A DNA stretch of 19,856 nt. Origin: Coleofasciculus sp. B1-GNL1-01. GTDB lineage: Bacteria; Cyanobacteriota; Cyanobacteriia; Cyanobacteriales; Coleofasciculaceae. Shown here in pieces: positions 7,043-16,271 of this stretch (the first letter of the stretch is position 1; every line of letters begins with the position of its first letter). The notes under the pieces were generated by a model. It worked only from the letters and a program-made list of their open reading frames with translations. It made no database searches and had not been told where the DNA came from. Both the position numbers and the translations under genes were made by a program. The stretch lies in the NCBI GenBank assembly GCA_040220235.1, contig JAVJTO010000061.1, one strand, 5' to 3'.

Positions 7043-7105
7043 GGGTCTGCTGAATAAGGGTTGTGGTGAGGGGAAGCTGGGGAAGCTGGGGAAGTAGGGG
7101 GAGGG
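7043..7105 (+). mobile_element. Partial copy (one end) of the MITE at 14173-14376
   Basis: GGGTCTGCTGAATAAGGGTTGTGGTGAGGGGAAGCTGGGGAAGCTGGGG matches the reverse complement of the 14376 end, GGGGCTGCTGAATAAGTGTTGTGGTGAGGGGGAGCTGGGGGAGCTGGGG. No second end found. Confidence 0.7.
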
Positions 7106-7486
7106 AAAGTTATATCTTGGAATTTGGTATAAATACCATGCTAGGTTTGGATATAGCGCCTTTGCTAGGGCAACGCTACGATTAGTTGCGATCTGATCGC
7201 CCTTAGATTTTATCGGGAGATAAGATACTGTTTTAAAACTATACGCGATCGCCAAACAAAATGGGGTATGTTTTTCCTCGGAATCGCGTTATTCATATCC
7301 TTGAACAAGCTGTTGCCGTTCGGCGTCTTTAGCCTTTTATTTTATTCAACAATTTTGAATTTGTTGTCGTCTGGCTGCTTGCAATTTAGGATTATTTATA
7401 ATCTTTTAATTTAACGGCTAAACATCGAGCCAAATTTCCCACTATTGCCAGCCAGCATTTCTCCCCATTAGGCAATTCATTCCCTA

Positions 7487-7514
7487 GTAGAGGCACGACA
7501 TGTCGTACCCCTAC
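7487..7514. repeat. GTAG...CTAC REP-like palindrome downstream of the LysR gene
   Basis: GTAGAGGCACGACATGTCGTACCCCTAC; its reverse complement nearly equals 14129-14156. Confidence 0.8.
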
Positions 7515-7594
7515 AGGTAGCTCACTCTTACTCCTACACTCTCACACCTCTACACTCAGGCAATTTCAACCGAAAACCTTTCGTGCAATTGTCC

Positions 7595-8611
7595 TTAACC
7601 TGTCGGTTGAGACGACGCCGGTTGAGATGATGCCGAATTCAATTTAGGAGCAGTTATTGGCGGCGAGGCAGGTGGTTTTTCTTCCCATCCTGGAGGCGCA
7701 AACTGGGGCAAAATTTCCCGGCTGAAGGCTTCGGCAGCTTTGGAACGGTAGCGATGGGGATTGACGATTAAAGACAGCGTTCGCTTCACCACGACGCCTT
7801 CTATCGTTGCTCGATGTAAAACACCCATTTGCAATTCTTTTTCGATGGCTGAAATAGACACAAACGCTGCACCCAATCCCGATTGCACGGCGTTTTTAAT
7901 TGCCTCAATTGAGTTGAGTTCCATCTCAATCTTCAGGCGGCGGGTATCAATATCACAGCGCGTGAGAACCTGGTCGATTACCTTACGAATCGTGGATTGG
8001 GAGTCGAGCGCAATAAATTGTAACTTATACAAATCCTCCTTATGCACAGTTCCCACTTTTGCCAGGGGGTGAAAGACAGGTAAAATTAGCGCCAACTCGT
8101 CTTCCGAGTAAGGCATAATATGTAAAGTTTCTTGAAGTTCCGTGGGGACTTCACCGCCAATGATGGCTAAATCTACCTGTCCATTGGAAACAGACCAAGA
8201 AGTACGGCGCGTCGAGTGAACTTGTAATTGTACCGACACATCGGGATACTTCTGTCGAAACAAGCCAATCATCCGAGGTAAGAGATAGGTTCCCGTGGTT
8301 TGAGACGCGCCTACAATCAGCGTCCCACCCTGGAGATTTTGTAAATCCTCAATCGCCCGACAGGTTTCCTGACAAAGGGTGAGAATTTTTTCACCGTAGC
8401 TTAGGAGTAAGTGTCCGGCTTCTGTCAATTGAGCGCGACGCCCGCCTCGGTCAAATAAGGGGACATCAAGCTGTCGTTCCAAGTTTTGCACTTGTAAACT
8501 CACAGCCGGTTGGGAAACGTACAAACTATCCGCCGCACGTTTAAAACTCCCCTCAGAAGCGATTGCTTTGAGAATGCGGAGTTGATCGAGAGTGAAAGGA
8601 AGGTCAGACAT
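7595..8611 (-). CDS. rbcR: LysR-type transcriptional regulator, Ycf30/RbcR (PacR) type
   Basis: N-terminus [45 protein letters not shown] is the conserved Ycf30/RbcR helix-turn-helix. Start moved from 8743 to ATG at 8611; 338 aa. Confidence 0.9.
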   Translation of the reverse strand: MSDLPFTLDQLRILKAIASEGSFKRAADSLYVSQPAVSLQVQNLERQLDVPLFDRGGRRAQLTEAGHLLLSYGEKILTLCQETCRAIEDLQNLQGGTLIVGASQTTGTYLLPRMIGLFRQKYPDVSVQLQVHSTRRTSWSVSNGQVDLAIIGGEVPTELQETLHIMPYSEDELALILPVFHPLAKVGTVHKEDLYKLQFIALDSQSTIRKVIDQVLTRCDIDTRRLKIEMELNSIEAIKNAVQSGLGAAFVSISAIEKELQMGVLHRATIEGVVVKRTLSLIVNPHRYRSKAAEAFSREILPQFAPPGWEEKPPASPPITAPKLNSASSQPASSQPTG

Positions 8612-8810
8612 AGGAGCTAAACCATCAAAAAAGGAGCAATAACAGGCAATCCCAGGGGGGTTGAAGATGGGATTTAACGTCAACGATAGTAGGAATTGCC
8701 AAAAACGAACGTGTAAACCTGTGCCTGAAATCGACAGTAACACAACACGGGATCAAGTCCTTGAGTATTCTTGCTAGGATGAATTGGGCAACGAATCGAC
8801 ATCAGGATTT

Positions 8811-9527
8811 ATGGGGGTCTGGACTAACGTGACATTCAGTCATTGGGTAATGGCTGGACTGCTTTTGAGCTTTGCGATCGCGCATAGTGGTCTAGCTGCA
8901 CTACGACCTTGGGCTGAACAACAGATTGGCGCGAGGTTCTATCGAATTTTATTTGCTCTGGTTAGCCTATCTCTTGCTGTTGTATTAATTATTTACTTTT
9001 TCAACCACCGCTACGATGGGATTCAATTGTGGCGGGTGCAGGGAATTCCGGGGATCAAACCCTTAGTCTGGTGGCTTTCAGCAGTTTCTTTTTTGTTTCT
9101 CTACCCCGCCACATTCAACCTGTTAGAAATCGCCGCCATCCAGAAACCCCAAGTTCATCTCTACGAAACCGGAATCATTCGGATTACCCGACATCCGCAA
9201 ATGGTGGGACAGGTAATTTGGTGTATTGCTCACACCCTCTGGATTGGCACCAGCTTCACTCTACTCACCTCGGTGGGATTAATTTTGCACCATTGTTTTG
9301 GCGTTTGGCATGGGGATCAACGGCTCTCCAAGCGCTATGGCGATGCCTTTGAGTCTGTCAAAGAACGCACCTCCGTTTTTCCCTTCCTTGCCGTGATTCA
9401 GGGACGTCAAACCCTGAAATGGGAAGAATTTATCCGTCCTGCCTATCTAGGTGTAATCGGCTTTGTCGGCTTGTTGTGGTGGGCGCATCCCCTACTTATG
9501 CGAGCAACTGCCCAAATAAATTGGTAA
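8811..9527 (+). CDS. NnrU-family membrane protein, 15-cis-zeta-carotene isomerase (Z-ISO)-like
   Basis: FAIAHSGLAALR, FLYPATFNLLE, GIIRITRHPQMVGQ, WHGD.RL motifs and several transmembrane segments. ATG 8811 is preferred over TTG 8784, but the start is uncertain. Confidence 0.85.
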   Translation: MGVWTNVTFSHWVMAGLLLSFAIAHSGLAALRPWAEQQIGARFYRILFALVSLSLAVVLIIYFFNHRYDGIQLWRVQGIPGIKPLVWWLSAVSFLFLYPATFNLLEIAAIQKPQVHLYETGIIRITRHPQMVGQVIWCIAHTLWIGTSFTLLTSVGLILHHCFGVWHGDQRLSKRYGDAFESVKERTSVFPFLAVIQGRQTLKWEEFIRPAYLGVIGFVGLLWWAHPLLMRATAQINW

Positions 9528-9616
9528 AATTATTGGATTTATTGTTCAAATAATCCCAATTCGATGTAGCATGATCCCAAGGAAGCGAGTAAAAATCCAA
9601 TAGAATTCGAGGGATC

Positions 9617-10018
9617 ATGGTGTTGTCGGTGAACGAGCAGACGTTTAAGCAATACGTTTTAGAAAACTCTAAGATGGTTCTGGTTGATTTTTGGGCACCT
9701 TGGTGTGGGCTATGTCGCCTAATCCAGCCAATGTTGGAGGACGTACAGCAGGAATGGAGCGATCGGATTGAAGTGGTGCGGGTGAATGCGGATAACAGTC
9801 TCAGGCTTGCCAGTACCTATCAACTCAAATCTTTACCCACCTTGCTCTTATTTGAAAACGGTCAGTTAGTGGGGCGATTGGAAGGCTTTCAAGGACGAGA
9901 TGACTTGCGCTTGGCGATTCAAAATCTGATCGGGAACAATCAATCGCAGTTTTCAGCATCCATTGGGCAAGGTTTAACTCATACCGCCTTAGAGAGTGCC
10001 ACTCAATCAGCCGCTTAG
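9617..10018 (+). CDS. trxC: Atypical cyanobacterial thioredoxin TrxC
   Basis: Thioredoxin fold with WCGLC active site in place of WCGPC, located between nnrU and ndhF1. Confidence 0.88.
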   Translation: MVLSVNEQTFKQYVLENSKMVLVDFWAPWCGLCRLIQPMLEDVQQEWSDRIEVVRVNADNSLRLASTYQLKSLPTLLLFENGQLVGRLEGFQGRDDLRLAIQNLIGNNQSQFSASIGQGLTHTALESATQSAA

Positions 10019-10026
10019 TCTATAAA

Positions 10027-10064
10027 GGCAGAGGGCAGAGGGCAGGAGGCAGAGGGCAAAGGGC
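10027..10064 (+). repeat. Heptamer tandem repeat (GGCAGAG)n
   Basis: GGCAGAG GGCAGAG GGCAGGA GGCAGAG GGCAAAG GGC. Confidence 0.85.
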
Positions 10065-10284
10065 TGTAAGGCTTACGGAATCTGCTTTTTAGCTTATTGT
10101 TAACGAATAAGTAGGAAGAGTGTCAATATCAGCAAAATTAATCAACCCATGAGTTTTCTTATAAAATAAGTATTTCTACTTGAGGTTGGCTCACACCGAG
10201 CCAACTTTCTTTTTGTATAGGTATATGTCACAGTTGTTAACGGTTTGTCAAAATAGTAAAGAAATCTAAAGTAAGCTGTCTTCC

Positions 10285-12339
10285 ATGGAACCGCTTTATC
10301 AATATGCCTGGTTGATCCCGGTCTTGCCCTTGGCAGGGGCAATGCTAGTCGGCTTAGGGCTTATCTCATTCAACAAAACCACGAATCAGCTACGACAGTT
10401 ATCCTCCGTGTTCGTCGTCTCCCTGCTGGGGGCGGCGATGGTGCTGTCGTTTGCCATCTTCTGGAGTCAATTTCACGGACATGAACCGTTTACCCGTACC
10501 CTGGAATGGGCGGCAGCGGGGAATTTTCACCTGATGATGGGGTACACCATCGACAACTTAACGGCGTTGATGCTAGTAGTCGTTACTACCGTCGCCTTTC
10601 TGGTCATGGTGTATACCGACGGCTACATGGCACACGACTCCGGTTATGTGCGCTTCTATGCCTATTTGAGCCTGTTTAGTTCCTCAATGTTGGGTCTGGT
10701 GATTAGTCCCAACCTGATACAGGTTTATATTTTCTGGGAACTGGTGGGCATGTGTTCGTACCTACTCATCGGATTCTGGTACGATCGCAAAGCTGCCGCC
10801 GATGCTTGTCAAAAAGCCTTTGTGGTTAACCGGGTGGGGGACTTTGGTCTCCTTTTGGGTATCCTGGGGCTGTACTGGGCAACCGGTAGCTTTGAGTTTG
10901 ATGTCATGGGCGCCCACTTAGAAGCCTTTGTCGAATCCGGTTATATTAGCAGCGGACTCGCCGCCCTGTTTGCTGTATTAGTCTTTTTAGGACCCGTTGC
11001 CAAATCTGCTCAATTTCCCTTGCACGTTTGGCTTCCTGACGCGATGGAAGGTCCTACCCCAATTTCGGCACTGATTCACGCCGCGACAATGGTGGCGGCT
11101 GGGGTATTTCTGATTGCCCGTATGTACCCCGTGTTTGAAAATATCCCCGTGGCGATGACGGTGATTGCCTGGACAGGCGGATTTACTGCCTTTTTAGGAG
11201 CAACCATCGCCCTGACCCAAAATGACATCAAAAAGGGTCTTGCCTATTCCACAATCTCCCAGTTGGGCTACATGGTCATGGCAATGGGGATTGGCGCCTA
11301 CAGTGCCGGGTTATTCCACCTGATGACCCACGCTTATTTTAAAGCCATGCTCTTCCTCTGTTCCGGTTCCGTGATTCATGGCATGGAAGCCGTGGTGGGT
11401 CATGATCCGGATTTAGCCCAGGATATGCGGCTGATGGGGGGATTGCGGAAGTATATGCCAATTACGTCCCTAACCTTTCTAATTGGCACCCTGGCAATTT
11501 GTGGGATTCCTCCCTTTGCCGGGTTTTGGTCAAAGGATGAAATCTTAGGCAATGCCTTTGCTGCGTCTCCAGGACTGTGGGTTGTCGGTTGGCTAACGGC
11601 TGGACTGACTGCCTTCTATATGTTCCGCATGTATTTCATGACCTTTGAGGGCGATTTCCGGGGGAATATCACCAGTATTAAGGAACAAATTAAAGGGGCT
11701 GTGGCTGAACCCGTACCTGCGTTTGGACCCGGTGCCATGGATAGGCGGGAATTAGAGGCTGAGGATCATGATCATGGGCATAGTGAGTCTCCCCATGAAT
11801 CACCCTTAACCATGACCTTACCTTTACTGTTACTGGCTGTCCCCTCAACCCTGATTGGTTTGGTGGGAATGCCCTTTGACAACTACTTTGAGGAATTCAT
11901 CCACACCCCCGGGGAAACTGTGGCGGAAGTAGTGAGTCATGAAGCGGCGTTTAACTGGAGTGAGTTTCTGGTGATGGCGGGTTCCTCAGTGGGGATTGCC
12001 CTAATTGGCATTACCGTAGCGTCGCTGATGTACCGGATGGGTCAAATTGATCCAAGTGCGATCGCGAAAAACTTTACATCGCTTTACAAGTTTTCCCTCA
12101 ACAAGTGGTATTTCGATGATATCTATAATCGGCTGTTCGTCCAGGGAAGCCGTCGCCTAGCCCGCCAAGTGATGGAAGTAGACTACCGTGTGGTGGATGG
12201 TGCGGTTAATTTAACCGGTTTAGTTACCCTGATCAGTGGTGAAGGACTGAAATATCTCGAAAACGGTCGCGCCCAATTCTATGCGCTGATTATTTTTGGG
12301 GCAGTTCTCGGTTTTGTGATTGTTTCTGGGTTGTCTTAA
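10285..12339 (+). CDS. ndhF1: NAD(P)H-quinone oxidoreductase (NDH-1) subunit 5, NdhF1
   Basis: MEPLYQYAWLIP start, WELVGMCSYLLIGFW, KSAQFPLHVWLPDAMEGPTP, THAYFKAMLFL. Confidence 0.97.
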   Translation: MEPLYQYAWLIPVLPLAGAMLVGLGLISFNKTTNQLRQLSSVFVVSLLGAAMVLSFAIFWSQFHGHEPFTRTLEWAAAGNFHLMMGYTIDNLTALMLVVVTTVAFLVMVYTDGYMAHDSGYVRFYAYLSLFSSSMLGLVISPNLIQVYIFWELVGMCSYLLIGFWYDRKAAADACQKAFVVNRVGDFGLLLGILGLYWATGSFEFDVMGAHLEAFVESGYISSGLAALFAVLVFLGPVAKSAQFPLHVWLPDAMEGPTPISALIHAATMVAAGVFLIARMYPVFENIPVAMTVIAWTGGFTAFLGATIALTQNDIKKGLAYSTISQLGYMVMAMGIGAYSAGLFHLMTHAYFKAMLFLCSGSVIHGMEAVVGHDPDLAQDMRLMGGLRKYMPITSLTFLIGTLAICGIPPFAGFWSKDEILGNAFAASPGLWVVGWLTAGLTAFYMFRMYFMTFEGDFRGNITSIKEQIKGAVAEPVPAFGPGAMDRRELEAEDHDHGHSESPHESPLTMTLPLLLLAVPSTLIGLVGMPFDNYFEEFIHTPGETVAEVVSHEAAFNWSEFLVMAGSSVGIALIGITVASLMYRMGQIDPSAIAKNFTSLYKFSLNKWYFDDIYNRLFVQGSRRLARQVMEVDYRVVDGAVNLTGLVTLISGEGLKYLENGRAQFYALIIFGAVLGFVIVSGLS

Positions 12340-12345
12340 GAATGT

Positions 12346-12507
12346 GTCATTTGTCATTTGTCCTTTGTTCTATCCTGTGGCAAATTGTGTCTCTGTTGTC
12401 ATTCGTTCAGAGTTAGTTCACTTGATGACGAATGGCTAATGACCAATGACTAATGACGAATAACCAATGACCAATGACCAATGACTAATGACTAATGACC
12501 AATGACT
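12346..12507. repeat. Two oppositely oriented blocks of heptamer repeats (STRR-like) between ndhF1 and ndhD1
   Basis: GTCATTT/GTCCTTT units from 12346; about 11 ATGAC(C/T/G)A units from 12425 to the ndhD start. Confidence 0.9.
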
Positions 12508-14106
12508 GATTTTCCTTGGTTAACCGTAATTATTCTGTTTCCCATCGTCGCTTCTGTGGGCATTCCTTTATTGCCGGAGAAGAATGGTGTATGGGAACGC
12601 TGGTATGCCCTGATTGTTGGGCTAATTGATTTTACGTTGATTGTTTGTGCCTTTGTCATCAACTATGACTTTGCCAATCCGGGACTGCAACTGGTTGAAA
12701 AATATGCCTGGGTACCTACGCTGGACTTGAATTGGTCGGTGGGGGTGGATGGCTTATCAATGCCGTTGGTACTGCTGACGGGGTTTATGACAACGTTGGC
12801 AATCCTGGCGGCTTGGCCCGTAACCCTAAAGCCTAAGCTGTTTTACTTCCTAATGCTGGCAATGTACGGCGGTCAAATTGCCGTGTTTGCGGTGCAGGAT
12901 ATGCTGTTGTTTTTCCTGGCGTGGGAACTGGAGTTAATTCCGGTGTATTTGCTGCTGTCGATTTGGGGCGGCAAAAAGCGGCTGTATGCAGCGACGAAGT
13001 TTATTCTGTATACGGCAGGGGGTTCGCTGTTTATTTTGATTGCAGCCTTGGCGATGGCATTCTATGGGGATACTGTCACCTTTGATATGCGATCGCTCGC
13101 CCTGAAGGATTATGCGATTAATCTAGAATTGTTGCTGTATGCGGCGTTTCTGATTTCCTACGGGGTCAAGTTACCGATTTTCCCCTTGCATACTTGGTTA
13201 CCCGATGCCCACGGCGAAGCCACCGCCCCGGTTCACATGTTGCTAGCGGGGATTCTGTTGAAGATGGGTGGATATGCCCTGATTCGCATGAATGCCGGGA
13301 TGTTACCCGATGCCCATGCCTATTTTGCCCCGGTGTTGGTGATTTTGGGCGTGGTGAATATCGTGTATGCGGCATTAACCTCCTTTGCTCAACGCAACCT
13401 CAAGCGCAAGATTGCCTATTCCTCGATTTCCCACATGGGCTTTGTTTTAATCGGGATTGGCTCATTTACCGACTTGGGTTTGAGTGGGGCGGTGTTGCAA
13501 ATGGTGTCCCACGGCTTAATTGGGGCGAGTTTGTTCTTCTTAGTTGGGGCAACATACGACCGCACCCATACCCTAATGTTGGATGAAATGGGAGGTGTCG
13601 GTCAAAAGATGCGGAAGATTTTTGCCATGTGGACGACTTGTTCCATGGCGTCTCTGGCGTTACCGGGGATGAGTGGGTTTGTGGCAGAGTTAATGGTGTT
13701 TGTCGGATTTGCCACTTCGGATGCCTACAATTCCACGTTTAAGGTGATTGTCGTCTTTTTAGCCGCCGTTGGGGTGATTCTGACGCCGATTTATCTGCTG
13801 TCCAATCTGCGGGAAATCTTCTACGGTTCTGAGAATAAGGAACTGGTGGAACACGAGGTTTTGCAGGATGCGGAACCGCGTGAGGTGTTTATTATTGCTT
13901 GTTTGCTGGTGCCGATTATTGGGATTGGCTTGTATCCCAAGCTAATCACGCAGATGTATGACTCGACGACGCAGCAGTTAACTGCCCGGTTGCGGGGTTC
14001 AGTACCGACGTTAGCTGAAGGGAAACCGCCCATGGTATCCATGGTAGCCCCAGAAATCGGAGGACGCGATCGCGTGGGGTTAGAGGTTCCTCCACCGATG
14101 CGTTAG
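12502..14106 (+). CDS. ndhD1: NAD(P)H-quinone oxidoreductase (NDH-1) subunit 4, NdhD1
   Basis: FPWLT start, [40 protein letters not shown]; directly downstream of ndhF1. Confidence 0.95.
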   Translation: MTDFPWLTVIILFPIVASVGIPLLPEKNGVWERWYALIVGLIDFTLIVCAFVINYDFANPGLQLVEKYAWVPTLDLNWSVGVDGLSMPLVLLTGFMTTLAILAAWPVTLKPKLFYFLMLAMYGGQIAVFAVQDMLLFFLAWELELIPVYLLLSIWGGKKRLYAATKFILYTAGGSLFILIAALAMAFYGDTVTFDMRSLALKDYAINLELLLYAAFLISYGVKLPIFPLHTWLPDAHGEATAPVHMLLAGILLKMGGYALIRMNAGMLPDAHAYFAPVLVILGVVNIVYAALTSFAQRNLKRKIAYSSISHMGFVLIGIGSFTDLGLSGAVLQMVSHGLIGASLFFLVGATYDRTHTLMLDEMGGVGQKMRKIFAMWTTCSMASLALPGMSGFVAELMVFVGFATSDAYNSTFKVIVVFLAAVGVILTPIYLLSNLREIFYGSENKELVEHEVLQDAEPREVFIIACLLVPIIGIGLYPKLITQMYDSTTQQLTARLRGSVPTLAEGKPPMVSMVAPEIGGRDRVGLEVPPPMR

Positions 14107-14128
14107 CGCTGCTGGTTTCAATGTTTAG

Positions 14129-14156
14129 GTAGGGGTACGGCATTGTCGTGCCTCTA
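14129..14156 (+). repeat. GTAG-type REP-like hairpin downstream of ndhD1
   Basis: GTAGGGGTACGGCATTGTCGTGCCTCTA. Confidence 0.8.
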
Positions 14157-14172
14157 TTTTTTCACCTAGTTA

Positions 14173-14376
14173 GGGCTTGCTGCACAACTCCGAAACCCTT
14201 AACCACCAATACTTTGAGCTTTATTGACACAGGGTTTGATTCAAGGAAATCGGGTAGCATCCTTCATAAGTATGGCATCACCTTGCTCAGGGAAAATGTA
14301 CCCTTGCTCCCCCAGCTCCCCCAGCTCCCCCAGCTCCCCCAGCTCCCCCTCACCACAACACTTATTCAGCAGCCCC
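14173..14376. mobile_element. 204-bp MITE with 15-bp imperfect TIRs, 6-bp target-site duplication and internal nonamer repeats
   Basis: Left GGGCTTGCTGCACAA; right (reverse complement) GGGGCTGCTGAATAA; TAGTTA at 14167-14172 and 14377-14382; (GCTCCCCCA)x4 inside. Confidence 0.8.
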
Positions 14377-14681
14377 TAGTTAACAGGCGAATCATCTACC
14401 GGATCAGGCTGCGAATTCGGTGGCTCAATACCCTCAATCTCTAAACGGGTTTCACTACCAGCCGTTGGATTCACATCCAATAGCGGCTCCGTTTCAGATT
14501 CTTGTTGCAGGCTTTCCTCCGCTTCCGGATTGTCTTCCTGGAGAGTGCGAATTTCTCGCTCTAATTGCTCCCATCCCTGCTCGAAAAATTCTTGAGTGGG
14601 AGTTCTGGCTTGAACCATTGCTCCACTCGTTATGCCGATTGTGGTGAGAATTGTAGTCAGTATAACAATTGTGAATTTCAT
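14376..14681 (-). CDS. Hypothetical small acidic exported protein
   Basis: MKF + hydrophobic stretch + VQA signal-peptide-like N-terminus, AAGGAAGG upstream, amphipathic EFFEQGWEQLEREIRTLQ, acidic tail. Confidence 0.75.
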   Translation of the reverse strand: MKFTIVILTTILTTIGITSGAMVQARTPTQEFFEQGWEQLEREIRTLQEDNPEAEESLQQESETEPLLDVNPTAGSETRLEIEGIEPPNSQPDPVDDSPVN

Positions 14682-14923
14682 GGCGATCGCCTTCCTTAAA
14701 TTACTGTTGTAGAATGCCGAGTCTGAAACTCTGCCAGCCTCACCCTGAATCTATAAACGTTAGAAAAACTTGCCCCGCTTCAGAACGGTAAATCTACTGC
14801 TCTGAGCTTGACGTAGATTTATCTTTATGATATAGATTTTAGCCTAAGTTTCAGGAACATGTCTGAAAACCGTTTCCAGAAGAAAAAGGTACAGATGAGG
14901 AAGATAGGAGAGATGCAGAAGTT

Positions 14924-14951
14924 GTAGAGACGTTGCATGCAACATCTCTAC
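14924..14951. repeat. GTAG...CTAC REP-like palindrome downstream of era
   Basis: GTAGAGACGTTGCATGCAACATCTCTAC, a near-perfect palindrome. Confidence 0.85.
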
Positions 14952-14982
14952 TCTACCTGTTCCCTGAATCCTTACCAAATAA

Positions 14983-15939
14983 CTATTCCTCCAACCGATA
15001 ACCCAACTCTGCTAATCTCAGACGAGATTGTCGCCACTTAGGTTGCACTTTCACAAATAATTCTAGATAAACTTTACCGGCAATTAACTTTTGAATTTGC
15101 TGACGCGCCGCCGAACCAATGGTTTTCAGCATACTGCCCTTTTTGCCAATTAAAATTCCTTTTTGTGACTCCCGTTCAACGTGAATCGTGGCGAGGATGC
15201 GGGTAATTTTAGGTTCTTCCTCAACAGCATCAATGGTAATAGCGACGGAATGGGGAACTTCCTGGCGAGTCAACAGCAGAATTTGCTCTCGAATTAATTC
15301 TCCCATAATAAAACGTTCGGGTTGATCGGTGACTAAGTTCGGCGGATAATAATAGGGACCTGGTTCTAGCCGACCAATTAACTGTTCCTGCAAGGTTGCC
15401 AACCCGTCACCCGTCAAGGCAGAGAATTTTGTCACCTGCCAATTGTGGGGATCTGCCAGTTGATGATACCCTTCATCTAAGCCTTTCCCTGGCGATTGTA
15501 AATCTGATTTGTTAACGCCCAGAATTACAGGTGTTGAGGTTTGGCTGAGTAGATTACTAATATAGCGATCGCCTCCTCCTGCGGGTGTCGCTCCATCCAC
15601 GACAAACAGCACTACATCCACCGCTTCAATAGCAATCCTAGCATTTTGCACCAACACTTTCCCCAATTGATGATGGGGCTTATGGATTCCTGGCGTATCC
15701 ACAAAAATCAGTTGAGCATTGTCTGTTGTCAGAATCCCCTGCAAGCGGTTGCGAGTGGTTTGGGCGACGGGGGAGGTGATGGCAATTTTCTGCCCCACCA
15801 ATTCATTCATTAACGTCGATTTGCCCACATTCGGGCGTCCAATGATACCGACAAAGCCAGATTTAAATCCCTCTGGGGCTTGAGGAATCATTACGGCGTC
15901 TGCGTCGGGAATTAAGGTGAAATTGTTGCTGTCTTCCAT
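14983..15939 (-). CDS. era: GTPase Era
   Basis: GRPNVGKSTL (G1), QTTR, DTPG, NKSD, and KH domain ILIGKKGSMLK. Confidence 0.97.
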   Translation of the reverse strand: MEDSNNFTLIPDADAVMIPQAPEGFKSGFVGIIGRPNVGKSTLMNELVGQKIAITSPVAQTTRNRLQGILTTDNAQLIFVDTPGIHKPHHQLGKVLVQNARIAIEAVDVVLFVVDGATPAGGGDRYISNLLSQTSTPVILGVNKSDLQSPGKGLDEGYHQLADPHNWQVTKFSALTGDGLATLQEQLIGRLEPGPYYYPPNLVTDQPERFIMGELIREQILLLTRQEVPHSVAITIDAVEEEPKITRILATIHVERESQKGILIGKKGSMLKTIGSAARQQIQKLIAGKVYLELFVKVQPKWRQSRLRLAELGYRLEE

Positions 15940-15975
15940 ATTTATATTCGAGCGACAGAAGCTTCAATACAATTC

Positions 15976-16129
15976 TAAGTAGGTGGGGACAATTAAAGTT
16001 AACGGTGGGGAACTCGCTTTCGCGAGAAGCAAGCTACGTCATTAGTCCTTCGTCATTCGTCCTTTGTAAGGGTTTGAGGCTTTTTAACATAACTTCATAA
16101 GGTTGAGTTTATTTCCACCAACCTACTTA
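15976..16129. mobile_element. Degenerate MITE-like element with TAAGTAGGT ends and internal heptamer repeats
   Basis: Left TAAGTAGGTGGGGACAATTAAAG; right reverse complement TAAGTAGGTTGGTGGAAATAAAC; internal GTCATTA GTCCTTC GTCATTC GTCCTTT. Confidence 0.65.
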
Positions 16130-16150
16130 TGGCACATCTGTTTAACTGAA

Positions 16151-16235
16151 AGAGCGGGTTTAGGCACAATTGTAGGGGCGGGTTTAGGCACTAAATTTAA
16201 CTATCCACCGATAACGGAAAAACAAAACCCGCTCT
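16151..16235. repeat. GTAG-type REP-like inverted repeat, same family as 1-12 and 107-171
   Basis: AGAGCGGGTTT (16151) and GTAGGGGCGGGTTT (16172) pair with AAAACCCGCTCT (16224-16235). Confidence 0.7.
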
Positions 16236-16271
16236 CCCCACCAATAACGGAACAACAACATCTATCTTTAT

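Noticed and set aside
6947..7255. 102-aa minus-strand ORF with FPSFPSFPS
   Set aside because: The periodic peptide is a translation of the MITE nonamer repeats; no protein-like features.
8612..8743. 44-aa N-terminal extension of the LysR regulator
   Set aside because: Ycf30/RbcR proteins begin at [10 protein letters not shown]; the extension occupies the divergent promoter region.
10108..10181. AAGTAG...CTACTT possible MITE ends upstream of ndhF1
   Set aside because: Only about 6-7 bp of complementarity, which could be chance.
10227..10244. HLR1/RpaB-like direct repeat upstream of ndhF1 (GTCACAGT-TG-TTAACGGT)
   Set aside because: Too many mismatches to the consensus to support from sequence alone.
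11670..11810. His/acidic-rich hydrophilic insert in NdhF
   Set aside because: A variable loop at this position (FGPGAM...PHESP) is normal for cyanobacterial NdhF1.
7595..14106. rbcR-nnrU-trxC-ndhF1-ndhD1 as a novel system; WCGLC as an anomaly
   Set aside because: This is a known conserved cyanobacterial arrangement, and WCGLC is the defining TrxC motif.
14055..14106. Possible C-terminal extension of NdhD1 containing a HIP1 site
   Set aside because: NdhD C-termini vary, and an extension cannot be established without an alignment.
14148..14444. 98-aa plus-strand ORF with PQLPQLPQL
   Set aside because: It spans the MITE and overlaps a better gene on the opposite strand; repeat-derived.
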